A stretch of 64,000 nt of DNA from an uncultured Acidobacteriota bacterium (GCA_963779415.1 CAVZYA010000003.1:288001-352000); one strand, 5' to 3'. Positions 30,267 through 41,322 are shown, counted from the stretch's first letter. The notes: generated from the letters alone by a model not told the origin. Made by a program: numbers and translations.

Positions 30267-31832
30267 TCACTCGATGTTAGCAGCCGTTCCCGGCGAGGAC
30301 GGCGGACGGAGGACCGAGAGAACGTAGAGGACGTAGAACGGAAGGAGGTGGATCGTCATCCTCCCGAGCCCGACCCGGATGAAGTTCCGGTAGCAGAGGC
30401 GGTAGTCGGTCAGCTCGTAGGGCTGGACGGCCGCCACGGGATCCGAGAGGAATGGGAAGAGGGCGAAGCACGCGACGACCGCCGCGAGGCTGGCGAGCGT
30501 CACGAGCCCGTAGAGGCGTTTCTCTCCCTCCGCGCCGCGTCCGGCGGCTCTCTCGCGAAACCCGATGAGGAGGTCCACGGCCGCGGCGGCCACGACGGCA
30601 TAGAGCGTCGCCCCGAGCCCCTTGTGGGAGAGCCACTGCCCCTGCCACGAGGAGGCGAACTCCGAAAGAACGACGCCCGCCGCGGCTAGCGGCGTCGGGG
30701 CAAGGCTCCGCCATCCGTCCGAGGCCTGCGAGAGGAGTCCCGGCGCCTTCAGGAAGCCGGGCCGAAGGAGCCACGTCGCCCAGACCGCCGAGGCGACCAC
30801 GAACGGTCCCACGGGGAGGCGCGGCCCTCCGAGAAGACGGGCGATGACGAGCGCCGCCGCAGCAGCACCGAGGTAGTAGAGCCCGTCCGGCCGGACGAGG
30901 ACCGCGGCCGCCAGACAGAGCGTCCCGGCGACGAGCTCTCCCCGGCTCGGGCCTCCGTCCCGGTTTCCGGCACCCGGAAGACCGAGCACGAGGAGCAGTC
31001 CCGCCGAGAGAAACGCCATGAGCGGTGCGTTCGCGTAATACATCGCCGTTCCCTGCCAGACGTGGACGACGGAAAGGAGGAAGGCAAGGGCGATCGCCGC
31101 GGCCGACGGCACTACCCGTGCAAACCGGTCGCGCGCAAAGAGAGCGAAAAAAAAGAGTAGCAGCGTCGCGACGAGCCGCCCTTCGAAAAGAGGGTCTCCC
31201 TCTCCCAGCCCGAGGAGGATCGAGAAGAGCGGCGGGTACTCCGGATGGTCGCAGGGAAGGAGCGCGCCGAAAAATCCCCGATCGGCGAACCCGGACGCCC
31301 GGCAGGCCCAGATCCGGACCGCATCGAAGTGGACGTACGGGAAGATCGTCGGAACGAGGAGCGAGAGGAGAACCAGGGCCGAGACTCCGTCGGCGAAGGA
31401 CGCTTTCGGAACGAGAAAAGGGGGAGGAGGGGCGGCATCGGAGCGCGGCCAGAACGCCGCCAGAAGGGCGGAGGCGGCGAGCGCGAGCCCGGCCGAAACG
31501 ACCACGAGCCATCCCGTCGCGAAGCCGGCGCCGTAGGCGACGAGGCCCATCCCGGCGAGGTTCGCGAGGCCGGCCGCGCCGAGCCGTCCCGAGAAGCTCC
31601 CCGAGCCGCCGCGCCGCGCCCAGAGCCACGCGGCGGCCACGAGACCCGCGACGAGGAGGACCGAGCTTCCGCGCGCTCCGGCGCCCGCGCTCCGGACGCG
31701 GGGGACGACGTCGAGGAGCTGCTCGAAGAAGAGCTTCTCCTGGGCCGCGAGAATGACGACCTGCACCGCGAGGGCGAAGAGGAGAAACCCCCGGAGGCGA
31801 GCCCGAAGCCGCCCCGCCCCGGACGCCTTCAG
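30267..31832 (-). CDS. Polytopic membrane protein, GT-C/PMT-like glycosyltransferase (start uncertain)
   Basis: >10 TM segments; loop 'HFDAVRIW...DHPEYPPL', 'VRPDG'; abuts the fabF stop. Confidence 0.55.
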   Translation of the reverse strand: MKASGAGRLRARLRGFLLFALAVQVVILAAQEKLFFEQLLDVVPRVRSAGAGARGSSVLLVAGLVAAAWLWARRGGSGSFSGRLGAAGLANLAGMGLVAYGAGFATGWLVVVSAGLALAASALLAAFWPRSDAAPPPPFLVPKASFADGVSALVLLSLLVPTIFPYVHFDAVRIWACRASGFADRGFFGALLPCDHPEYPPLFSILLGLGEGDPLFEGRLVATLLLFFFALFARDRFARVVPSAAAIALAFLLSVVHVWQGTAMYYANAPLMAFLSAGLLLVLGLPGAGNRDGGPSRGELVAGTLCLAAAVLVRPDGLYYLGAAAAALVIARLLGGPRLPVGPFVVASAVWATWLLRPGFLKAPGLLSQASDGWRSLAPTPLAAAGVVLSEFASSWQGQWLSHKGLGATLYAVVAAAAVDLLIGFRERAAGRGAEGEKRLYGLVTLASLAAVVACFALFPFLSDPVAAVQPYELTDYRLCYRNFIRVGLGRMTIHLLPFYVLYVLSVLRPPSSPGTAANIE

Positions 31833-33091
31833 ACCTTCTTCATCAGAAGGCACGCGTTCGTGCCTCCGAAGCCGAACGAGTTCGAGAGGGCCACGTTCAC
31901 GGCCCGTTCGCGCGCGACGTTCGGCGTGTAGTCGAGGTCGCACCCGGGGCCGGGGGTGACGAGGTTGATCGTCGGCGGAATCACGCCGTGGCGGACGGAG
32001 AGAGCGAGGATTCCCGCCTCGAGCCCCCCGGCGGCGCCGAGGAGGTGTCCCGTCATCGACTTCGTCGACGAGATGGCGAGGTGATCCGCGTGACTGCCGA
32101 AGGCCCGCCGGATCGCGATCGTCTCGATCCGGTCGCCGTGCGGCGTCGACGTGCCGTGCGCGTTGATGTAGTCGACGGACTCGGGAGGGAGTGCCGCGTC
32201 GGCGAGTGTGTTCCGCATGACGCGGAACGGGCCGTCACCGTCCTCGGACGGCGCCGAGATGTGCCAGGCGTCGCCGGACATTCCGTAGCCGGCGAGCTCG
32301 GCGTAGATCGCCGCCCCGCGGGCGACGGCCTGTCCCAGCTCCTCGAGAATAAGGATCCCGGCCCCTTCGCCGAGGACGAAGCCGTCGCGGTCGAGGTCCC
32401 ACGGGCGGGAGGCGCCGGCCGGGTCGTCGTTCCGCGTCGAAACTGCCCGCATAGCCGCGAACCCGCCGATGGCGAGCGGCACGACGACCGATTCGGTCCC
32501 CCCCGCGATCATCACGTCGGCGTCCCCTCGCCGGATGATATTCGCGGCGTCCCCGATGGCGTGCGCCGAGGTGGCGCAGGCGGTCGCGACGGCGGTGTTC
32601 GGTCCCTTCGCCCCCGTCCGGATCGAGACGAGGCCCGACGGCATGTTCACGATCAGCCCGGGGATGAAGAAGGGACTGATCCGGCGAGGCCCTTTTTCGA
32701 GGAGCGTCTTGTGCATCTCCTCGATGAGGGGAAGCCCGCCGATCCCCGCCCCGATGCAGACCCCGACCCGCTCGGCGTTCGCCGCGTTGACGACGACGCC
32801 GGAATCGGCCAGCGCCTCGCCGGCCGCCGCCACGGCGTAGTGGACGAACGTGTCGAACTTCTTGACGTCCTTCTTCTCGAAGAACCTTTCCGGCTCGAAC
32901 CCCTTCACCTCGGCCGCGATCCGACAGGCGTAGTCGGTCGCGTCGAAGCGCGTGATCGGGCCGACCCCGGAGCGCCCCGCGAGCAAGCTCTCCCAGGTCT
33001 CGCGGGCAGTGAGGCCGACCGGGGAGACGAGCCCGACGCCGGTCACGACGACACGCCGACGGCCCCGGCCGTCGAGGAGCGGAAGGGTCAT
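31829..33091 (-). CDS. fabF: 3-oxoacyl-ACP synthase II
   Basis: 'RRVVVTG', 'TACAT', 'INAHGTST', 'TKSMTGHLLGAAG', 'NSFGFGG'. Confidence 0.97.
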   Translation of the reverse strand: MTLPLLDGRGRRRVVVTGVGLVSPVGLTARETWESLLAGRSGVGPITRFDATDYACRIAAEVKGFEPERFFEKKDVKKFDTFVHYAVAAAGEALADSGVVVNAANAERVGVCIGAGIGGLPLIEEMHKTLLEKGPRRISPFFIPGLIVNMPSGLVSIRTGAKGPNTAVATACATSAHAIGDAANIIRRGDADVMIAGGTESVVVPLAIGGFAAMRAVSTRNDDPAGASRPWDLDRDGFVLGEGAGILILEELGQAVARGAAIYAELAGYGMSGDAWHISAPSEDGDGPFRVMRNTLADAALPPESVDYINAHGTSTPHGDRIETIAIRRAFGSHADHLAISSTKSMTGHLLGAAGGLEAGILALSVRHGVIPPTINLVTPGPGCDLDYTPNVARERAVNVALSNSFGFGGTNACLLMKKV

Positions 33092-33104
33092 CAGAAGGGC
33101 CGGC

Positions 33105-33350
33105 TCAGGCCGGCTTCGCCTTGCTTTCGATGTAGGCGATGGCGTCCTTGACCTTCTGGATCTTCTCCGCGTCCTCGTCCGGGATCTCGATTCCGAACGC
33201 CTCCTCGAACGCCATCACCAGCTCGACGGTGTCGAGGGAATCGGCGCCGAGATCATCGACGAACGAGGCTTCGGGCTTGACCTCTTCGGCCTGAACGCCG
33301 AGCTGCTCCACGATGATGCCCTTGACCTTCTCTTCAACCGCGTTCGACAT
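33105..33350 (-). CDS. acpP: Acyl carrier protein
   Basis: '[18 protein letters not shown]'. Confidence 0.97.
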   Translation of the reverse strand: MSNAVEEKVKGIIVEQLGVQAEEVKPEASFVDDLGADSLDTVELVMAFEEAFGIEIPDEDAEKIQKVKDAIAYIESKAKPA

Positions 33351-33430
33351 CAAAATCCTCCGTTCAAAATCCGGGAGCGGCCACCGACCACCGGCGGGCT
33401 CCCGTCTGTTTCGTAGGTCGGGCGGGAAGT

Positions 33431-34189
33431 CTAACCGATGTAGAGCCCCCCGCTCACATTGAGGCATGTTCCCGTGACGTACGCGCCAAGGTCCGAGGCC
33501 AGATAAAGGACGGCGTCCGCCACGTCATCCGGGGCGCCGAGCCGGCCGAGGACGATCTGCCTGAGCAGCGCTTCCCGGGCCTCCGGCGTCAAGGCGTCGG
33601 TCATGGCCGTCGCGATGAAGCCCGGCGCGACGGCGTTCACCGTGATGCCGCGCGATCCGATCTCGCGGGCGAGAGCCTTCGTGAATCCCACGACCCCCGC
33701 CTTGGCGGCGGAGTAGTTCGTCTGGCCCGCGTTCCCCATCAGGCCGACGACCGAAGTGATGTTCACGATCCGTCCCGCGACCTTTTTCCGGACCATCACC
33801 TTGGCGGCCTCCTGAGCGGCGAGGAAGACGCCCGTCAGGTCCGTGGCGACGACCCGGTCCCAGGCCTCCTTTCCCATCCGCAGGATCAGCCCGTCCTCCG
33901 TGACGCCGGCGTTGTTGACGAGGATGTCGAGCTTTCCGTGCTGCTCGACGAGGGAGCGGAAGCCGGCCGAGACGGAGGCCGGGTCGGCCACGTCCATCCG
34001 CAGCGCTTCCGCCGACCCGCCGGACGAGGCGATCGATTCGGCGACAGCGCGCGCTTTCTCCCCGGTCCGGGCCGCCACGACGACGTGCGCCCCCGCGGCG
34101 GCGAGCCGCCTCGCGATCGCCTCGCCGATCCCCTGCGAGCCCCCCGTCACGAGAGCGACCTTCCCGCCGAGCGAGATCACAAAGCCCAT
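33431..34189 (-). CDS. fabG: 3-oxoacyl-ACP reductase
   Basis: 'TGGSQGIG', 'NNAG', '[11 protein letters not shown]'. Confidence 0.95.
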   Translation of the reverse strand: MGFVISLGGKVALVTGGSQGIGEAIARRLAAAGAHVVVAARTGEKARAVAESIASSGGSAEALRMDVADPASVSAGFRSLVEQHGKLDILVNNAGVTEDGLILRMGKEAWDRVVATDLTGVFLAAQEAAKVMVRKKVAGRIVNITSVVGLMGNAGQTNYSAAKAGVVGFTKALAREIGSRGITVNAVAPGFIATAMTDALTPEAREALLRQIVLGRLGAPDDVADAVLYLASDLGAYVTGTCLNVSGGLYIG

Positions 34190-34237
34190 CGTCTTCCTCC
34201 GGTTCCCCTCGACGATATCAAGAGGGACGGCGGCCCC

Positions 34238-35180
34238 TCACGAGGGGGCGAGGAGCTTCCCGATCCCGGCCGCGTCGGAGGTCGAGGCGACCGGCCACTC
34301 CCTTGCGATCCTCCTCGCGAGCCCCGCGAGGACGGCGCCCGGGCCGCACTCGATCCCGGACGGAGCCGCAGCCGAGAGGACGCGGACGCTCTCGACCCAT
34401 CGGACCGGGGAGCAGACCTGCCGTTTCAGGGCCGCTCGCGCGGCCCCGGGATCGCGGATGGGCGCGGCGTCCACGTTCGTCACGACGGGAAACGACAACG
34501 GCCCGAACGGCGTCGCGTCGAGATACGGCGTCAGCTTCTCCTCTGCCGGCTTCATTAGAGCGCAGTGGAACGGCGCGGAGACGGGGAGCGGGAGGACCCG
34601 CTTCGCCCCCGCCGCCTTCAGGATCCCGGCCGCCTTCCCGACGGCGCCGGCCGTCCCCGCGATGACGGTCTGCTCGGGGGAGTTGAAGTTCGCCGCGGAG
34701 CAGGCTTCGCCCGTCGCTCTCTCGGCCTCGGCGCACGCCGCGGCCACCACCTCGGGGGGGGGGCCGATGACGGCCGACATCGCGCCCGCTCCCGCCGGGA
34801 CGGCTTCCTGCATGAAGAGGCCGCGCCTTCGGACGAGGACCACGGCGTCCTCCAGCGTCAGCGCTCCGGCGGCGACGAGAGCGGCGTACTCGCCCAGGGA
34901 GTGTCCGGCCGCGATCGAAGGCGAAACGCCGCGAGCCCGGAGGATCTCGTAGACCGCCATGGAGTGCGTCACGATCGCCGGCTGCGTCACGGCCGTCCTC
35001 TTCAGATCCTCCTCCGTCCCTTCGAACGAAACCGTCGAGACGGAGAGGCCGAACGGCGCGAGGGCGGCGTCGGCCCGCTCGTAGACGTCGCGCGCCTCCC
35101 GGAATGCCGCCGACGAGGTCCTTCCCCATCCCCGCGAACTGCGAGCCCTGCCCGGGGAAGAGGAAGGCGCCCGTCACCAT
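34238..35180 (-). CDS. fabD: Malonyl-CoA:ACP transacylase (apparent frameshift near 35110)
   Basis: 'FLFPGQGSQ..GMG' in one frame; 'TQPAI', 'GHSLGEY', 'VSAPFH' in another. Confidence 0.92.
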
Positions 35181-36157
35181 CGGACGAGGGCCGCGCCCCA
35201 CGTCAGCCCGGCGCCGAACGCGGTGAAGAGGATCAGGTCTCCCCGCTTGATCCTTCCCTCGCGCACGTACTCGTCGAGGGCGATCGGAATCGAGGCGGAA
35301 CTCGTGTTCCCGTAGCGGGAGATGTTCACGACGCAGCGGTCCGAGGGAATCTCCAGCCTCTCGCCGACGGCCCGGATGATCCGGTCGTTCGCCTGATGGG
35401 GGATCAGCCACTGGACGTCGGCCGAGGTGAAGCCCCCCTCCGAAAGGACGTCGCGGCAGACCTCCGTCATCGCGCGGACGGCCACCTTGAAAGTCTCTCC
35501 CCCCATCATCTTGATGAAGCCGAGGCGCTGCTCGAGCGTCTCCGGGCGGCTCGGCGGTGCGTTGGAGCCCCCTCCGGGCATCGAGATGTAGCCTGCCCCC
35601 TCTCCGTCGCAGCGGATCCTCGTCGCGAGGACGCCGTGGTCGGCTTTCGTCGCCTTGAGGACCGTCGCTCCGGCGCCGTCCCCGAAGAGGACGCAGGTTC
35701 CGCGGTCCGTGTAGTCCGTGAAGCGGGTCAGGAACTCGGCGCCGATGAGAAGGATGTTCTGCGCCTTGGCCGACTGGATGAGGCCGTCGGCGACGTGAAG
35801 GCCGTAGAGCCAGCCGGAACAGCCCGCGTTCTGGTCCCAGGCCGCCGCCTTCTTCGCCCCGAGCTTCTGCTGGACGAGGCAGGAGGCCGACGGCACGAGC
35901 TGGTCCGGAGAGACGGTCGCCAGGATGACGGCGTCGAGCTCGCGCGGATGGACGTCGGCCGCCTCGAGGGCGATCCGGGAGGCGGTCACCGCGAAGTCCG
36001 ACAGGACGTCCCCGTCCTCCGCCTTCCGCCTTTCGCGGATCCCCGTCCGCGTCGTGATCCATTCGTCGTTCGTGTCGACGATCCCGGCGAGGTCGGCGTT
36101 CGTCAGGATTCGCGCCGGAACGGCCGCGCCGGTGCCGGCGATGGTGGCATGAAACAT
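35174..36157 (-). CDS. fabH: 3-oxoacyl-ACP synthase III
   Basis: 'WITTRTGI.ERR', 'AGCSG', 'LFGDGAGA', 'PHQAN', 'GNTSSAS', 'FGAGLTWG'. Confidence 0.97.
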   Translation of the reverse strand: MFHATIAGTGAAVPARILTNADLAGIVDTNDEWITTRTGIRERRKAEDGDVLSDFAVTASRIALEAADVHPRELDAVILATVSPDQLVPSASCLVQQKLGAKKAAAWDQNAGCSGWLYGLHVADGLIQSAKAQNILLIGAEFLTRFTDYTDRGTCVLFGDGAGATVLKATKADHGVLATRIRCDGEGAGYISMPGGGSNAPPSRPETLEQRLGFIKMMGGETFKVAVRAMTEVCRDVLSEGGFTSADVQWLIPHQANDRIIRAVGERLEIPSDRCVVNISRYGNTSSASIPIALDEYVREGRIKRGDLILFTAFGAGLTWGAALVRW

Positions 36158-36188
36158 TCGGTCCCCCCTTGACCCGAAAGCGGGAATG

Positions 36189-37199
36189 TTAGCGGGAGAG
36201 CGCCTCCGGCGCGAACTCCACCGCCTTCTTCCGGATCTTTTCCGGGAGGCCGTGCGCCACGAAGTCGTGCGCCGCCCGGATGGCGTTGCGGACCGCCTTG
36301 CCCGTCGAGCGACCGTGCCCGATGAGACAGGCGCCGTTCACCCCGAGAAGGGGCGCGCCGCCGTATTCGCTGTAATCGAGCCTCTTTCGGAAGGCGCGAA
36401 AGGCGTCCTTCGAAAGGAGAAACCCCATCGAGGCCTGGAGGCTCCGGGTGATCTCCTGCCTGAGCGCCTCCTCGACCATGTGGGCGAGGCTCTCGGAGAC
36501 TTTCAGGATGACGTTCCCCGTGAAGCCGTCCGTGACGATGACGTCCACGTCGCCCGAGTAGACGTCCCGCCCCTCGACGTTTCCGACAAAGTTGAGGCCC
36601 GACGACTTGAGGAGCGTGAAGACCTCGCGCGTCGTGTCGGTCCCCTTCCCCTCTTCCTCGCCGACGGACATCAGGCCGATCCGGGGCCGCGTTACGCCGA
36701 GGACTTCCTGTGCGTAGAAGTGCCCCATCAGGGCGAACTCCCGGTAGTGCTCGGGGCGGCACGTGACGTTCGCACCGACGTCGAGCAGGACGCGCCTGCG
36801 TCCGAGGCCCGGCAGGACGGTCGCGAGCGCCGGACGATCGATGCCGTCGAGGACCCCCATGATCATCTTCGCGACCACCATGGCGGCGCCCGTGTGTCCC
36901 GCCGTGAACATCCCCCGGGCGCGCCCTTCGCGGACGCACTCGGCGGCGATTCGGACCGAGGCGCGGCGCTTTTTCCGGATCGGCGTGATGGACGGCTCGT
37001 CGAATCCGACGACCTCGTCCGCGTCGACGATGCCGATCCGGCTCCCCGTGTAAGCCTGACGCTTCAGCTCGGACTCGATCTCCCGCCTGCGGCCGACGAG
37101 GAGCGATTCCAGCCCGAGCTCGACGGCGGCGGCCACGGCTCCTTCCACGACGGCGCGGGGCGCGTGGTCGCCGCCCATCGCGTCGACGGCAATCGTCAT
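36189..37199 (-). CDS. plsX: Phosphate acyltransferase
   Basis: 'IAVDAMGGDHAP', 'LDVGAN', 'GEEEGKG', 'DGFTGN', 'HGRS'. Confidence 0.96.
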   Translation of the reverse strand: MTIAVDAMGGDHAPRAVVEGAVAAAVELGLESLLVGRRREIESELKRQAYTGSRIGIVDADEVVGFDEPSITPIRKKRRASVRIAAECVREGRARGMFTAGHTGAAMVVAKMIMGVLDGIDRPALATVLPGLGRRRVLLDVGANVTCRPEHYREFALMGHFYAQEVLGVTRPRIGLMSVGEEEGKGTDTTREVFTLLKSSGLNFVGNVEGRDVYSGDVDVIVTDGFTGNVILKVSESLAHMVEEALRQEITRSLQASMGFLLSKDAFRAFRKRLDYSEYGGAPLLGVNGACLIGHGRSTGKAVRNAIRAAHDFVAHGLPEKIRKKAVEFAPEALSR

Positions 37200-37224
37200 G
37201 AGCGGCCGGCCGCTTCCTCTTCCG

Positions 37225-37410
37225 TTACTCGGATTCGGACCCCGCCATCACCTCGCGCCCCCTGTAGGTGCCACAGGAGGGGCAGACGCGATGGGGCTGC
37301 TTGGCGACGCCGCATTTGGGGCAGACCGAGGTCTGCTTCGGCTTGAGGAAGTCGTGCGCGCGCCGCATGTCGCGGCGGGTCTTGCTGTGTCTGTGTTTCG
37401 GGTTCGGCAT
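37225..37410 (-). CDS. rpmF: 50S ribosomal protein L32
   Basis: 'PNPKHRHSKTR..RRAH', CPKC/CPSC zinc ligands. Confidence 0.95.
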   Translation of the reverse strand: MPNPKHRHSKTRRDMRRAHDFLKPKQTSVCPKCGVAKQPHRVCPSCGTYRGREVMAGSESE

Positions 37411-37425
37411 CGGAATTCTCCTGGC

Positions 37426-37968
37426 TCAAATCTCGGAGTCGTGGCGCCGGAGCGCCTTCAGGGCGGTCCAGCGGTCGTCTCTGGGCGGGGCGCAGCTGCA
37501 GGGGGTCACGTTCCGGTCGGCGCCGCACTCGGGGCAGAGGCCCCTGCAGTCCTCCCGGCAGAGGGCCCGCATCGGGATTTCGAGCTGCACCTGTTCGTCG
37601 ATGAGCGGGTCGAACGGGACCGTGAAGTCGTCGTAGAAGACGACGTCGAGGTCGGTCGCCTGAAGCTCGGTCTCTCCGTCCGCGTCGGGAACGGGCAGGT
37701 GCCGTGCGTGCGCGGGCGCGAAAACCCACGACACGGGCCCCGTCCGGCGGAACGGCACCGGCCTGAGGCACCGGGCGCAGGCCACCGTCCCGTCGAATTC
37801 GAGGATCCCGTCGAGAAGGAAGCCCGGCTCGGCCCGGCGGAGCCGGCCCGCGAAGGAAACCGGCTCGAGCGACAGAAGCTCGACCCGCTCGAGACGTTCG
37901 GCCGGAACGTCGAAGCGATGAGAAAGATCAACGGGCTCGTCGAGAGCCTTCTCGAGATCGAGATCCAT
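37426..37968 (-). CDS. yceD: YceD/DUF177 protein
   Basis: 'CARCL', 'LCREDCRGLCPECG', 'DRWTALK'; upstream of rpmF. Confidence 0.9.
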   Translation of the reverse strand: MDLDLEKALDEPVDLSHRFDVPAERLERVELLSLEPVSFAGRLRRAEPGFLLDGILEFDGTVACARCLRPVPFRRTGPVSWVFAPAHARHLPVPDADGETELQATDLDVVFYDDFTVPFDPLIDEQVQLEIPMRALCREDCRGLCPECGADRNVTPCSCAPPRDDRWTALKALRRHDSEI

Positions 37969-38021
37969 GGATCGGGCCCTCCCCAAGGCGGGCCGCGAAG
38001 TATAGGGAATAATCCCGTTGA

Positions 38022-39113
38022 ATGCGAGTCGCGGTCGACGCGAGGCCGTTCGAGGAGCGGCTCACGGGAGCCGGGAGGGTCCTCGAGGGGCTTCTTCCGG
38101 CGTGGCGGCGCTCTTTTCCGGAGGACCGGTTCCTTCTCGTCTCGCCGCGCCCGATCTTTCTTCCGGCGGCGCTCGCCGGAGATCCCGGTTTCGACGTGAA
38201 GGTCGGGCCCGGACTCCCCGGCACGCTCTGGCTCCAGACGCTCGCGGCCGGAATCGCGCGGCGTGCCGGCGCGGAACTCTTTCTCGGCACGCTCTCCATC
38301 GTGCCGACGCTCTCGACCCTCCCCTGCGTCGCCCTGATCCACGACCTGACGCCGCTCCTCTTCCCGGTATGGCACTCGCGCAGGAACCGGCTCGGCTTCG
38401 TCCCCTTCATCGCCGGGACCGTCCGGCGGGCGAAGCGGATCGCGACTGTCTCGGACGCGACGCGCGACGATCTCCTCCGTGCCTTTCCCGAGGCCGCCGA
38501 GAAGACGGCCGTCGTCCCGAACGGGCTCCTCCCGCCGCCTGCGGACCCGGGTGGGCCGCCGCCGAACGGCGGCCGCCCGTACGTCCTTTTTCTCGGCACG
38601 CTCGAGCCTCGGAAGAACGTCCTTCGTCTCGTGGAGGCGCTCGAATCGATCTGGGACCGCCGTCCCGGATTCCCGGACCTCGTCCTCGCCGGCGGGGAGG
38701 GGTGGGGGCTCCCGGGACTCCCGGCCCGCCTCGCGGCCTCGCGGCACGCGGAGCGGATCCGGCCGATCGGCTGGGTGGACGACGTCCTCGCGGCGCAGCT
38801 TCTCCGCCACGCGCGCCTTCTCGCCTATCCGAGCCTCTACGAGGGCTTCGGCTTTCCGCCCCTCGAGGCGATGGCTCTCGGGACCCCCGTCGTCGGCTCC
38901 TCTGCATCGTCGTTCCCGGAGGTGATCGGCGATGCCGGCCTCCTCCCAGATCCGGAAAGCGTCCCGGAGATCGCGGCGGCCGTCGAGCGGACGAACGACG
39001 ACAAGGCGTGGCGAGCCGAGGCGCGCGCGCGGGGCTTCGGCCGGGCCGGCCTCTACCGGTGGGAAGCCTCCGCCGCGAAAATGCGTGCCCTCTGCCAGGA
39101 GGCGCTCGCGTGA
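38022..39113 (+). CDS. Glycosyltransferase family 4
   Basis: 'IHDL', 'GTLEPRKN', 'PSLYEGFGFPPLEAMA.G'. Confidence 0.93.
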   Translation: MRVAVDARPFEERLTGAGRVLEGLLPAWRRSFPEDRFLLVSPRPIFLPAALAGDPGFDVKVGPGLPGTLWLQTLAAGIARRAGAELFLGTLSIVPTLSTLPCVALIHDLTPLLFPVWHSRRNRLGFVPFIAGTVRRAKRIATVSDATRDDLLRAFPEAAEKTAVVPNGLLPPPADPGGPPPNGGRPYVLFLGTLEPRKNVLRLVEALESIWDRRPGFPDLVLAGGEGWGLPGLPARLAASRHAERIRPIGWVDDVLAAQLLRHARLLAYPSLYEGFGFPPLEAMALGTPVVGSSASSFPEVIGDAGLLPDPESVPEIAAAVERTNDDKAWRAEARARGFGRAGLYRWEASAAKMRALCQEALA

Positions 39114-40159
39114 CACACGTCCTTCTCGACGCGAGAAAGGCCCGGGACTTCGGGATCGGGCGGTACGTTCTCGGGCTCCTCCGTGCTCTCGCCAGGCGCG
39201 GCGACCTCGCGCTTTCTGCGGTCGTCTTTCCGGAGGATGTCGGGCTCCTCCCGACCGGCGTCACCCCGGTCCTTTCCACCGCCGGCCACTACACGGCCGG
39301 AGAGCTTCTCTCAGTCCGGGGCGCGATCCTGCGAGCCCGGCCCGACCTCTTTCACGCGCCTCACTACGTCGTGCCGCTCGCCCCCCCTTCGCCGGTGGTC
39401 GTCACGATCCACGACCTGATGCACCTCCAGCGCCCCGAGCACGCGGCGATCTCCAGGCGTGCTTACGCCGCTTGGATGATCCGGCGGTCCGTGCGGCTCG
39501 CCGCCCGGATCGTCACCGTCTCCGGCGAAACGAGACGGGATCTCATCGCATTCGACCCGCGGGCGGCCGGAAAGAGCGTGGTCATCCCGAACGGAGCCGA
39601 GAACGGTTTCTTCCGGGCGGGAGAGAAGGCGCGACCGGACGGCAGCCCTTCCGGGCGCTATCTCCTCTTCGTCGGGAACGACAAGCCGCACAAGAACCTC
39701 CACGGGCTTCTCGCCGCATGGGCGCGCCTTCGGACGGCACACCCTCTCCTCGAGCTTCGCCTCGCGGGCGTTCCGGCGGAGAGCCGAAGGGCCGACGGCG
39801 TCCGCGCTCTCGGATTCGTCCCGGACGAAGAGCTCCCCGCCCTCGTGGCCGGAGCCGAACTCCTCGTTCTCCCCTCCTTCGCCGAAGGGTTCGGCCTCCC
39901 GGTCCTCGAGGCGCAGGCCGCCGGGACGCCCGTCGTCTGCTCGGATCTCCCGGCGCTCCGAGAGGCGTCGGGAGGCGCCGCCCGCTTCTTCGACCCGTCG
40001 GACCCGGCTTCGATCGGGCAGGCTCTCGGGAGCCTCCTTTCCGACGAGGCCGGAAGGTCGCGGCTCCGGGAAGCCGGCCGAAAGCACGCCGCCGCCTTCA
40101 CCTGGGACCGCGTGGCAGAGAAGACCGCCGCGCTCTACCGGGAGGCGCTCGGACGATGA
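39110..40159 (+). CDS. Glycosyltransferase family 4
   Basis: 'GIGRY', 'VTIHDL', 'KPHKN', 'EGFGLPVLEA'. Confidence 0.92.
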   Translation: MTHVLLDARKARDFGIGRYVLGLLRALARRGDLALSAVVFPEDVGLLPTGVTPVLSTAGHYTAGELLSVRGAILRARPDLFHAPHYVVPLAPPSPVVVTIHDLMHLQRPEHAAISRRAYAAWMIRRSVRLAARIVTVSGETRRDLIAFDPRAAGKSVVIPNGAENGFFRAGEKARPDGSPSGRYLLFVGNDKPHKNLHGLLAAWARLRTAHPLLELRLAGVPAESRRADGVRALGFVPDEELPALVAGAELLVLPSFAEGFGLPVLEAQAAGTPVVCSDLPALREASGGAARFFDPSDPASIGQALGSLLSDEAGRSRLREAGRKHAAAFTWDRVAEKTAALYREALGR

Positions 40160-41322
40160 AGGTCGCGCTCGTCCACGACTGGCTGACCGGGACGCGTGGG
40201 GGGGAGAGGGTCCTCGGGGAGCTTTCCCTTCTTTTTCCCGACGCCCCCCTCTTCACGCTCTTCCACTTTCCCGGGACCGTCCCGGCGGAGATCGAACGCC
40301 TCGAGATCCGGACCACCTTCCTCCAGCGCCTCGTCTCTCCGGCGCGGGACTACCGGAAGCTCCTCCCTCTCTTCTTCCCCGCCGCCGAGAAGTGGGACCT
40401 CTCGGGCTTCGATCTTGTCCTCTCCTCTTCGCACTGCGTTGCCAAGAACGCGCGGAAGGATCCGCGGGCGTTCCACGTCTGCTACTGCCATACCCCGGTC
40501 CGGTATCTCCACGACCAGTTCGACGACTACTTCCGGGGGAGGTCGGCCGCGGTCCGCGCCCTCGCCGGGGCCGTCCGCCGTCCGCTCGCGGCGTGGGATC
40601 GCGCGGCGGCCGGGAGGGTGGACGCTTTCGTCGCGAACTCGGAGAACGTCCGGGGACGGATCCGGAAGCTCTACGGGCGGGAGTCACGGATCGTCTTCCC
40701 TCCCGCGGACACGGAGTTCTTCACGCCGGTTCCGTCGACGCCGCGCTCGGGCTTTCTCGTCGTCTCCGCGCTCGCCCCCTACAAGCGGGTCGACGACGCG
40801 ATCGCGGCCGCGAACCGCCTGAAGCTCGACCTGACGATCGCAGGCTTCGGCCCCGAGGAGGCGCGCCTCCGCCGTCTCGCCGGTGAGACCGTCCGCTTCG
40901 CCGGCACTCCCTCAGACGAGCGGCTTCGGGATCTCTACCGCTCCGCGGAGGCGGTCCTGATGCCGGGAGAGGAGGACTTCGGCATCGTGCCGGTCGAAGC
41001 CCAGGCATGCGGGACGCCCGTCGTGGCCCTCGGACGCGGAGGGGCCACCGAGACCGTCGTGGACGGAGCGACCGGAGTCCTCTACTCCGATCCGGGGCCG
41101 GTGCCGCTCTCCGATGCCATCGACCGGCTCCGCGGCCTCCGCCTCGACCCGGACGCCGCCGTCCGGAATGCCGGGCGCTTCTCCCGGGAACGGTTCCGGG
41201 AGGCTCTGGCGACCTCCCTCGACGCCGCTCTCCGGGAGGCCGGCCGGGGAGACCTCGCCGAGGAGACGGCACGACGCCTTTCGCCCGGGGGCCGTAGAAT
41301 CCCCGAAGCTTCGGTCCGATGA
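40156..41322 (+). CDS. Glycosyltransferase family 4 (WbaZ-like mannosyltransferase)
   Basis: '[16 protein letters not shown]', 'YCHTP.RY', '[15 protein letters not shown]'. Confidence 0.92.
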   Translation: MKVALVHDWLTGTRGGERVLGELSLLFPDAPLFTLFHFPGTVPAEIERLEIRTTFLQRLVSPARDYRKLLPLFFPAAEKWDLSGFDLVLSSSHCVAKNARKDPRAFHVCYCHTPVRYLHDQFDDYFRGRSAAVRALAGAVRRPLAAWDRAAAGRVDAFVANSENVRGRIRKLYGRESRIVFPPADTEFFTPVPSTPRSGFLVVSALAPYKRVDDAIAAANRLKLDLTIAGFGPEEARLRRLAGETVRFAGTPSDERLRDLYRSAEAVLMPGEEDFGIVPVEAQACGTPVVALGRGGATETVVDGATGVLYSDPGPVPLSDAIDRLRGLRLDPDAAVRNAGRFSRERFREALATSLDAALREAGRGDLAEETARRLSPGGRRIPEASVR

